Shown here: in pieces, positions 9,336 through 15,874 of the stretch
Numbering within the stretch: position 1 is the stretch's first letter
Layout of the letters: each line of letters opens with the position of its first letter
Origin: Oceanibaculum nanhaiense
GTDB lineage: Bacteria; Pseudomonadota; Alphaproteobacteria; Oceanibaculales; Oceanibaculaceae
Direction: 5' to 3'
Length of the DNA stretch: 24,000 nt
Assembly: GCF_002148795.1 (NCBI RefSeq)
Contig: NZ_MPOB01000005.1
Location: 215,023 to 239,022 of the forward strand
Program-made: the position numbers and the translations under genes
Notes under the pieces: generated by a model
Database searches by the model: none
What the model was told of the DNA's origin: nothing
The model's input: the letters and a program-made list of their open reading frames with translations, nothing else

Positions 9336-9510
9336 AAGCGGGCGCCTGCTGCGCGGTGCGATATGGTCGCTTTATGTCCCCGGGCCCAATGCTTATCTCC
9401 AGGGAACTGCCTCTGTCGGAGCCGTGGCTCCATTATGCGGTGCCCACCTGCGTTGCAGGGCTAGGAGGACGAGCAAATGACCGACGGCCGAGGCGGGGGC
9501 GCCCACCTTT
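9336..9510 (+). ncRNA. ssrS: 6S RNA (predicted)
   Basis: Lies between zapA and 5-formyl-THF cyclo-ligase, the conserved proteobacterial ssrS locus. Closing stem GGGCGCC (9340-9346) / GGCGCCC (9498-9504). Further arm pairings include GGTC..TTT with AAA..GACC and CTCC with GGAG. Apical hairpin GGAGCCGTGGCTCC (9418-9431) sits at the exact centre of the molecule. A T-rich tract follows (9508-9517). Ends are approximate. Confidence 0.7.
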
Positions 9511-9523
9511 CTTTTTCCCGGCC

Positions 9524-10138
9524 ATGCTGAACATGGCGGGGGATATACCGGCGCAGAAAGCCGGTTTGCGCGCGATGGCGAAGCAACGCCGCGCTGTCGC
9601 GCAGGCGGCCAACCCTGATACCGGGACGCGGATCGCGGCGAATCTGCTGCAGGCCGTTTCTCTGCCAATGACCGCCATCGTTTCCGGCTATCATGCGATG
9701 GGCGACGAGGCCGATCCGCTGCCCGCCCTGCTGGCGCTGGCGGCGGGCGGCTACTCCCTGTGCCTGCCGGTGACGCCGAAGCGCGGCCTGCCGCTCTCCT
9801 TCCGGCTGTGGCGGCCGGGCGACGCGCTGGAACCGGGAGTCTGGGGCATCCCCGCCCCGCCGGCCACGGCGCCGGAGGTGGAGCCCGACGTGCTGCTGGT
9901 GCCGCTGCTGGCGTTCGACTGTGAAGGCTATCGCCTGGGTTATGGCGGTGGCTATTACGACCGCACGCTGGCGGCCCTGAGGGGGAGGGGGCGCGACAAG
10001 ACGGCGGTGCTGGCCATCGGCATCGCCTATGCCGGGCAGGAGGTCGAGAGCGTGCCGCGCGAGGAAACCGACCAGCGGCTGGACTGGATCGTGACCGAAC
10101 AGGGCGCGATCCGGACCGATGGCCGGACCGACGGATAA
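9524..10138 (+). CDS. 5-formyltetrahydrofolate cyclo-ligase
   Basis: 204 aa from ATG 9524. Conserved C-terminal motif GYGGGYYDR. Position downstream of ssrS matches E. coli ygfA. The track ORF start (9356) would read through the 6S RNA region. Confidence 0.85.
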   Translation: MLNMAGDIPAQKAGLRAMAKQRRAVAQAANPDTGTRIAANLLQAVSLPMTAIVSGYHAMGDEADPLPALLALAAGGYSLCLPVTPKRGLPLSFRLWRPGDALEPGVWGIPAPPATAPEVEPDVLLVPLLAFDCEGYRLGYGGGYYDRTLAALRGRGRDKTAVLAIGIAYAGQEVESVPREETDQRLDWIVTEQGAIRTDGRTDG

Positions 10139-10155
10139 ACGGAAAGAGAGTAGAG

Positions 10156-10971
10156 ATGCGTTTGCTGTTTCTGGGCGATGTGGTGGGCCGGCCCGGCCGG
10201 GATGCCATCGCCGCCCATCTGCCGGGGTTGCGGCGGGATCTGAAGCTGGATTTCGTCGTCATCAATGGCGAGAACGCGGCCGGCGGGTTCGGCATCACCC
10301 AGAAGATCTGCGAGGAATTCTACGCGCTGGGCGCCGATGTGGTGACCACCGGCAACCATGCCTGGGACCAGCGCGAGACACTGTCCTACATCAACACCGA
10401 TCCGCGCCTGCTGCGCCCGGTCAATTACCCGCCGGGGGCGCCGGGCAAGGGCGGGCATGTCTATGCCACGCAGTCCGGCCGGAAAGTACTGGTGGTGAAC
10501 GTCATGGGCCGTCTGTTCATGGACCCGCTGGACGATCCGTTCCAGGCGGTGTCGCGGGAACTGGCGCGCAATGTGCTGGGTGGCGGCGTGCAGGCGGTGA
10601 TCGTCGATATGCATGCCGAGGCGACCAGCGAGAAGATGGCGATGGGACATTTCTGCGATGGCCGTGCCTCGCTGGTGGTCGGCACCCACAGCCATGTGCC
10701 GACGGCGGACGCGCAGGTGCTGCCGGGCGGCACCGCCTACCAGACCGATGCCGGCATGTGCGGCGATTACGACAGCGTCATTGGCATGCGCAAGGATATC
10801 GCTGTTGCCCGTTTCGTGCGTAAGCTGCCGGGCGAGCGGCTGGAGCCGGGATCGGGCGAGGGCACGCTGTGCGGCGTGTTCGTCGAGACTGACGACCGGA
10901 GCGGCCTGGCGAAAAGCGTGCAGCCGGTTCGCATGGGCGGGCGTCTGGCGCCGGCGCTGCCGGCGCTCTAG
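10156..10971 (+). CDS. YmdB-like (TIGR00282 family) metallophosphoesterase
   Basis: 271 aa. Metallophosphoesterase motifs in YmdB order: LFLGDVVGRPG, INGENAAGG, TTGNHAWD. Confidence 0.9.
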   Translation: MRLLFLGDVVGRPGRDAIAAHLPGLRRDLKLDFVVINGENAAGGFGITQKICEEFYALGADVVTTGNHAWDQRETLSYINTDPRLLRPVNYPPGAPGKGGHVYATQSGRKVLVVNVMGRLFMDPLDDPFQAVSRELARNVLGGGVQAVIVDMHAEATSEKMAMGHFCDGRASLVVGTHSHVPTADAQVLPGGTAYQTDAGMCGDYDSVIGMRKDIAVARFVRKLPGERLEPGSGEGTLCGVFVETDDRSGLAKSVQPVRMGGRLAPALPAL

Positions 10972-11456
10972 CGCTTCAGGGCGATCTGGGCCAGCCCGTC
11001 CACCACCTGCTTGGCCGTGTCGTCTCCTTCGCCCCGCAGGCGCTGGTTGATGACGACCTTCAGCGCGTCGATATGCAGCTTCACGATGGGCGGTTCCAGC
11101 GCATCGGGCGATTTCAGCGCGGTGAGGTACTTGCACAGGATGTCGCCGATCTGGGTGACCAGCGGGAAACCGAAGCTGCCGCCCTCTCCGCGCATGTCGT
11201 GGGATATCTCGAACATATCGTGCAGCGCCTCGGCTCGCTCCTCACCCTGCGCCCGGTCATAGGCGACCATCAGGCGGGTGAGGTTGGTCTGGGCATGGCC
11301 GGTATAGTCGGTCTTGTCCTGCACCTTCTTCGCGGCGGTTTCCGCCTTCCGCAGCGTGTCGTTGCCTAGAGCCTGCTTGCCACCCACCATCTCGCGCAGC
11401 TTGTTCCTTGGCTGGATGACCTCATGGGTCTTGCCGCTCGGCTTGTCTCCGGTCAT
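10968..11456 (-). CDS. Hpt-like (histidine phosphotransfer domain) protein, paralog 1
   Basis: 162 aa, high GC3, GGTGGGG RBS. Hpt helix motif SHDMRGEGGSFGFPL (His86 codon at 11199-11201) fits HxxKGxxxxxG with R in place of K. Predicted to be all-helical. Roughly one-third identical by eye to the ORF at 14837-15319. Confidence 0.6.
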   Translation of the reverse strand: MTGDKPSGKTHEVIQPRNKLREMVGGKQALGNDTLRKAETAAKKVQDKTDYTGHAQTNLTRLMVAYDRAQGEERAEALHDMFEISHDMRGEGGSFGFPLVTQIGDILCKYLTALKSPDALEPPIVKLHIDALKVVINQRLRGEGDDTAKQVVDGLAQIALKR

Positions 11457-11597
11457 TTGTGGTCCCCACCATATTTCTGCTTATTCCATAAATTTTAGGC
11501 ATTTTCGGGCACTTTGGCGATAGCCGAAGCGGCGGCCCGTGATTCTGGCGGCCGGGGAGGCAAGGGCGATTCAGTCTGAATAACACTCGTGAATCTG

Positions 11598-11626
11598 TTG
11601 TCATTCAAAATAACAACTTGTAGGCT
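11598..11626 (+). promoter_or_regulatory. Candidate sigma70-type promoter in front of the orphan terminator
   Basis: TTGTCA (11598-11603), 17-nt spacer, TAGGCT (11621-11626). Same architecture and nearly the same -10 as the padR promoter candidate 110 nt downstream. Overlaps inverted repeat GTTGTCA/TAACAAC. Confidence 0.3.
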
Positions 11627-11686
11627 GTGAGCCTTGCTTCTCATCTCCCTGACTTTGGCCGCCCGTTCCGACGGGCGGCCTTTTTT
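11600..11686 (+). ncRNA. Candidate small RNA (orphan promoter plus terminator); 5' end undefined
   Basis: No plausible ORF. Small hairpin AGGCT-GTG-AGCCT (11622-11634). Single-stranded CUCCC (11645-11649), which is anti-Shine-Dalgarno-like. Then a perfect intrinsic terminator. Confidence 0.4.
11657..11686 (+). terminator. Intrinsic terminator with no upstream plus-strand gene
   Basis: Perfect 10-bp stem GGCCGCCCGT (11657-11666) / ACGGGCGGCC (11671-11680), 4-nt loop, T6 (11681-11686). The opposite strand lacks a T-run, so it is plus-oriented. Confidence 0.8.
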
Positions 11687-11709
11687 CTGGGCTCCGGTCG
11701 GGAAGCCTC

Positions 11710-11738
11710 TTGACCCATTGAGGGTCGATGGGTAGGTT
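11710..11738 (+). promoter_or_regulatory. Candidate padR promoter
   Basis: TTGACC (11710-11715), 17-nt spacer, TAGGTT (11733-11738). The predicted transcription start coincides with ATG 11745. Confidence 0.45.
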
Positions 11739-11739
11739 T

Positions 11740-11770
11740 TTGTTATGCCTAGCCCCTCGATGCATAACAA
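11740..11770. promoter_or_regulatory. Candidate PadR operator: 9-bp perfect inverted repeat
   Basis: TTGTTATGC (11740-11748), 13-nt spacer, GCATAACAA (11762-11770). It spans the padR start codon and lies just downstream of the -10 element. Confidence 0.5.
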
Positions 11771-12179
11771 CAGCCTCGCCGCGCGCCCGGCCACCGATTA
11801 TACCAGCCCGGATTACTGGAACGGGCTGATCAAGATGGGCCTGTCGAAATTCTTCATCCTGTGTGTGCTCTACAAGCAGCCGCTGCACGGCTATGAGATC
11901 GCCAAGCGGGTGGAGAGCGTGACGCGCGGCTGCTGTTCGCCGGGCGAGGGGACAATCTATCCGGTGTTGCGCGATTTCGAGGCGGGCGGCTATGTCACCG
12001 TCGAGACGGAAATCGTGCAGGGCCGCGAACGCAAGGTCTATGCGCTGACGGATCTGGGACGCGAGGCCTTCCGGGTCGCGGTCGGCTCCTGGATGGGGGT
12101 GACCCGCTGCCTGCAGGAAAGCCACGAGATGCTGGTGCGCGATGCTACGGCCGAGGTGCAGGGAGCCTGCCGGCCGTAA
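11745..12179 (+). CDS. PadR family transcriptional regulator
   Basis: 144 aa. Winged-helix PadR signature (FILCVLYKQPLHGYEIAKRV...GTIYPVLRDFEAGGYV...RKVYALTDLGREAF). No SD before either ATG 11745 or the in-frame ATG 11760. Confidence 0.85.
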   Translation: MPSPSMHNNSLAARPATDYTSPDYWNGLIKMGLSKFFILCVLYKQPLHGYEIAKRVESVTRGCCSPGEGTIYPVLRDFEAGGYVTVETEIVQGRERKVYALTDLGREAFRVAVGSWMGVTRCLQESHEMLVRDATAEVQGACRP

Positions 12180-12225
12180 AAAATTTTGCCCTTGATACAT
12201 TGCCCTTCGATGCATGGAGATCGAG

Positions 12226-13548
12226 ATGTCACATTTGGGTAAAGAGCCAGTCCTGCCGGTCGTAGTGATCGGTGCCGGTCCGGTCGGGCTTGCCGCCGCC
12301 GCCCGTCTCGTGGAGCGCGGCCTGCCTTTCCTGGTGCTGGAGGCGGGCCCGGTGGCCGGCGACAGCGTGCGGCGCTGGCAGCATGTGCGCATGTTCTCGC
12401 CCTGGCGGTTCAACATCGACCGGGCGGCACGGGCGCTGCTGCAGGCGTCGGGCTGGACTCCGCCGCCGCAGAACGAGCTGCCGACCGGCGGCGATCTGGT
12501 CGGGCGCTATCTGGAGCCGCTGGCGGCACTGCCGCAGATAGCACCTTTTCTGCGCTTCGGCGCCCGGGTCGTGTCGTTAGGGCGCGAGGCGCTGGACAAG
12601 GCGGTGGATGCCGGCCGTGCCGAAACGCCTTTCGCGGTCGAGATTGTCCTGGCGGATGGCCGCCGCGAGACTGTCCGGGCACGCGCGGTGATCGATGCCA
12701 GCGGCACCTGGACCGCGCCGAACCCGATGGGGGCGGGCGGCTATTCGGCGGCAGGCGAGGCGCGTTTCGCCTGCCGCATCACCTATGGCATCCCGGATGT
12801 GAAGGGGCAGGACAGGGCGCGATATGCCGGCCGGCGGGTGCTGGTGGTTGGCGGTGGGCATTCCGCGATCAATGTCGTGCTGGACCTGCTGGCGCTGAAG
12901 GAAACCGAGCCGGAAACCGCGATCTCCTGGGCGGTCCGTCGGGCCGACCCGCAGCGGCTGTTCGGCGGGGGCGCGGCCGATGCGCTGCCGGCACGGGGTG
13001 AACTGGGCACGAACGCGCGTCAGGCCATCGAGGCCGGCATGGTGACGCTGCTTGCGCCGTTCCGGGCGACCGACATCGCTGCCGCGCCTGAGGGCGGGCT
13101 GCTGGTCTCGGGCTCAGGGCGTGAGGTCCCCGTGGACGAGATCGTGGTGACAACCGGCTTCCGCCCGGACCTGTCGTTCCTGCGCGAGATTCGTCTGGGC
13201 ATCGATCCGGCGCTGGAATGCGCAACGGCGCTGGCGCCGCTGATCGACCCGAACATTCACAGCTGCGGCACGGTCCGGCCGCATGGCGCGGCGGAACTGG
13301 CGCATCCGGAGCCGGGATTCTACATCGCCGGGATGAAGAGCTATGGCCGCGCGCCGACCTTCCTGCTGGCTACCGGCCACGAGCAGGTACGCTCCATCGT
13401 TGCCGCGCTCGCCGGGGATATGGCGGCGGCGGCGAAGGTAGAGCTGGACTTGCCGGAAACCGGTGTCTGCTCTGCACAACCGACGAATCGCGATGACATC
13501 CGCATTGCCGATACTGCGGTAAAGTGCTGTGCTCCCGCCAAGGTCTAG
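12226..13548 (+). CDS. FAD/NAD(P)-binding oxidoreductase (two-dinucleotide-binding flavoprotein, CzcO/FMO-like) with Cys-rich C-terminal tail
   Basis: About 440 aa. N-terminal GxGxxG (VVIGAGPVGLAAA) and a second one (VLVVGGGHSAINV). GGAGA RBS 5 nt before ATG 12226 (alternative ATG 12214). C-terminal tail ETGVCS...VKCCAPAKV. Confidence 0.8.
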   Translation: MSHLGKEPVLPVVVIGAGPVGLAAAARLVERGLPFLVLEAGPVAGDSVRRWQHVRMFSPWRFNIDRAARALLQASGWTPPPQNELPTGGDLVGRYLEPLAALPQIAPFLRFGARVVSLGREALDKAVDAGRAETPFAVEIVLADGRRETVRARAVIDASGTWTAPNPMGAGGYSAAGEARFACRITYGIPDVKGQDRARYAGRRVLVVGGGHSAINVVLDLLALKETEPETAISWAVRRADPQRLFGGGAADALPARGELGTNARQAIEAGMVTLLAPFRATDIAAAPEGGLLVSGSGREVPVDEIVVTTGFRPDLSFLREIRLGIDPALECATALAPLIDPNIHSCGTVRPHGAAELAHPEPGFYIAGMKSYGRAPTFLLATGHEQVRSIVAALAGDMAAAAKVELDLPETGVCSAQPTNRDDIRIADTAVKCCAPAKV

Positions 13549-13581
13549 ACCACTACTCCCGCGCCGCAGGCCGATGACATC

Positions 13582-14832
13582 ATGACCGCCTCCTCCTTGC
13601 CGCCATCGGCCACCGGTCTCGGCCGCCAGGGCTGGATTCTCGTGCTGACCCTGGCCAGCGCGCAGCTCGTCTCCTGGGGATCGCTGTTCTACAGCTTCTC
13701 GCTGTTCGTCGTGCCGATGGAGCAGGATCTCGGATGGTCGCGCGCGTCGATCAACGGGGCGCTGTCGATCGGGCTGCTGGTCTCTGGCCTGACGGCGCTG
13801 CCGGTCGGCATCGCCATCGACCGCGGGCGGGCGCGGCTGGTGATGACGGTCGGGTCGCTGCTGGGGGCGGCGGTGCTCGCGATCTGGGCGGTGACGGACA
13901 GCATCTTCGTGTTCTATGCGATCTGGGCGCTGATGGGCGTGGCGCTGGCCTCGACGCTCTATGAGCCGGCCTTCGCCGTGCTCGCCGGCCGGCTGGGCGC
14001 GCGCTATCGCGCCGGCATCACGGCGATGACGCTGATCGGCGGGCTGGCCAGCACGGCCTTCATCCCGCTGACCCAGCTGATGATCGAGCTGTGGGGCTGG
14101 CGCGAGGCGCTGGTCGGGCTGGCGCTGTGGAACCTGCTGTTCTGCAGTGCGATCCATCTGTTCGTCCTGCGCGACCCGAATCGCAAATCTGCCCGGCAGC
14201 AGGATGTGCCTGAGACCAGGCAGGCAGCGAAACCTGCTGGCGGCAAGGCGCTGATGCGGCAGCTGATGGCGCTGCCGCGCTTCTGGGCGATGCTGATCGC
14301 CTTCGTGCTGTACAGCGCGCTGATCGCGGCGCTGCTGTTCCATCTGGTGCCGTTGATGATCGGGCGCGGCCTGCCGATGCCGGTGATCATCGGCGCCATG
14401 TCGGTGATCGGGCCGATGCAGGTGGCGGGGCGCATCGTGCTGATGAGCCTCGGCCGGCGCATGAGTTCGGCTGTCGCTGGGCGCATCGTGTTCTCGCTGA
14501 TGGTGCTGGCGATGGCGGTGCTGTGGCTGCTGCCGACGACGGCGGCGGTGGCAATCGGCTTCTGTGCGCTCTATGGCACCGCCAATGGCGTCATGACCAT
14601 CGTGCGCGCGACCATCGTGCCGGAACTGCTGACCAGCGAGGCCTATGCCACGGTGAACGGCGCGATGTACATGCCGGCAACGGTGGCGAAGGCGATTGCG
14701 CCTTTCGCGGCGGCGCTGCTGTGGGAATGGTCCGGCGGCTACGATGTGGTGCTGATGGTGCTGGTGATCCTGGCAGCCCTGTCGGCGCTGTCCTTCTGGC
14801 TGGCGGGGACGCCGGCACAGGCGGCGGAGTAG
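13582..14832 (+). CDS. MFS transporter
   Basis: 416 aa with about 12 hydrophobic segments in a 6+6 arrangement separated by a charged central loop (RDPNRKSARQQDVPETRQAAK). An MFS loop 2-3 type motif is present (GIAIDRGRAR). Confidence 0.9.
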   Translation: MTASSLPPSATGLGRQGWILVLTLASAQLVSWGSLFYSFSLFVVPMEQDLGWSRASINGALSIGLLVSGLTALPVGIAIDRGRARLVMTVGSLLGAAVLAIWAVTDSIFVFYAIWALMGVALASTLYEPAFAVLAGRLGARYRAGITAMTLIGGLASTAFIPLTQLMIELWGWREALVGLALWNLLFCSAIHLFVLRDPNRKSARQQDVPETRQAAKPAGGKALMRQLMALPRFWAMLIAFVLYSALIAALLFHLVPLMIGRGLPMPVIIGAMSVIGPMQVAGRIVLMSLGRRMSSAVAGRIVFSLMVLAMAVLWLLPTTAAVAIGFCALYGTANGVMTIVRATIVPELLTSEAYATVNGAMYMPATVAKAIAPFAAALLWEWSGGYDVVLMVLVILAALSALSFWLAGTPAQAAE

Positions 14833-14836
14833 CTCC

Positions 14837-15319
14837 TCAGCGTTCCTCGCGAACCAGGGTTTCCAGACCTTCGGCGATCTGGATGCCGATGGCGTGGCCC
14901 TCGCCACTCATCTTGTTGTGCAGCACGGCGCGCAGCGCGTCGATATGGGCACGGACGATCTCAAGCTGCGTGTCTGTGGCGGTCTCCATGCCTTCGATGA
15001 AACGGCACAGCGAGCCGCCGATCCGGGTGATCAGCGGATAGTTGAAGTTCGAGCCCAGGCCGCGCAGATCGTGCGTCAGATTGTAGATGCGCTGGCTTTG
15101 CTCTTGTGCCTGGCTGCGGTCCGCCTTCATGGCCTGATAGGCAGTCTGCATCTCCTTCAGCGAAGGTTCGGCCTCCTTCGTGAGATCGATGGAGCCGGCC
15201 ACCTTCTGCATCGCCGCCTCGGCCTTGGCCACGGCGGCGGTGCTGAGGCTGCGCGGGTCAGTGATGTACTGCTTCAGCTTGTTCGCTGGGTGGATGATTT
15301 CGATGTTCTTTTTCGCCAT
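14837..15319 (-). CDS. Hpt-like (histidine phosphotransfer domain) protein, paralog 2
   Basis: 160 aa. Motif THDLRGLGSNFNYPL (His83 codon at 15071-15073). Shares the blocks I-P-NKL, PL-T-IG--LC, HIDAL and GEG with the ORF at 10968-11456. Lies 69 nt downstream of a REC gene on the same strand. Confidence 0.6.
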   Translation of the reverse strand: MAKKNIEIIHPANKLKQYITDPRSLSTAAVAKAEAAMQKVAGSIDLTKEAEPSLKEMQTAYQAMKADRSQAQEQSQRIYNLTHDLRGLGSNFNYPLITRIGGSLCRFIEGMETATDTQLEIVRAHIDALRAVLHNKMSGEGHAIGIQIAEGLETLVREER

Positions 15320-15388
15320 CGGCCCTGGCCCTGCGGTCTAGGCCCGGCAGTGCCGGGCGGAAGTTGGAATGATCGGATTTTATATATC

Positions 15389-15874
15389 CTAATTTTCGTC
15401 GGCACGCTTCTCCGGACCGTCGAATGGCATATTTTTTCGCCGCCGGTCCGGGCCGAAATAGCGGCCGGTGCGGATGAAGGGGCGGCGGTTGTTCACGATG
15501 GAGTTGATGCGTGCCAGCAGCGCCTTCGCGGTGACCGGCTTGGCGATAAACTCATCCACGCCGGCGTCGCGCGCCAGTTCCACCTTCGCGCGTTCGGTGT
15601 GCCCGGTCAGCATGATCACCGGAATGAAGGGGTCGGGGCTGTCGGGGCTGCTGCGCAGATAGCGGGTGAAGTCGATCCCGTCCATCGGCTCCATGTTCCA
15701 GTCGGTGATGACCAGATGGACCTCATTGTTGCGCATCTTTTCGAGCGCATGTTCGCCTTCGCGCGCCTCGATGAGGTTGCGAATGCCGATCGCCTCCATG
15801 ATGGCACGCACCAGCGAGCGCATGTGCTGGTTGTCATCCACGATCATGACGTTGAGTTGATCGATCCTCGACAT
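15389..15874 (-). CDS. Single-domain response regulator (CheY-like REC) with Arg-rich C-terminal extension
   Basis: 161 aa. Canonical receiver residues are present: DD13-14, phospho-acceptor D58 (LVITDWNM), T90 (IMLTGH) and K112 (FIAKP). There is no output domain. The roughly 35-aa tail reads RRPFIRTGRYFGPDRRRKNMPFDGPEKRADEN. Confidence 0.9.
   Translation of the reverse strand: MSRIDQLNVMIVDDNQHMRSLVRAIMEAIGIRNLIEAREGEHALEKMRNNEVHLVITDWNMEPMDGIDFTRYLRSSPDSPDPFIPVIMLTGHTERAKVELARDAGVDEFIAKPVTAKALLARINSIVNNRRPFIRTGRYFGPDRRRKNMPFDGPEKRADEN

Noticed and set aside
11457-14836. The sRNA-PadR-flavoprotein-MFS block as a horizontally acquired island
   Set aside because: There is no visible GC or codon-usage shift. 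I saw no integrase or transposase, no tRNA, and no flanking direct repeats beyond the two protein-level paralogs. Insertion remains possible but is unsupported by sequence.
13114-14907. 597-aa minus-strand ORF opposite the oxidoreductase 3' end and the MFS transporter
   Set aside because: The extremely Arg/His/Gln/Pro-rich translation is implausible as protein. The plus-strand genes have clear family signatures and correct GC3.
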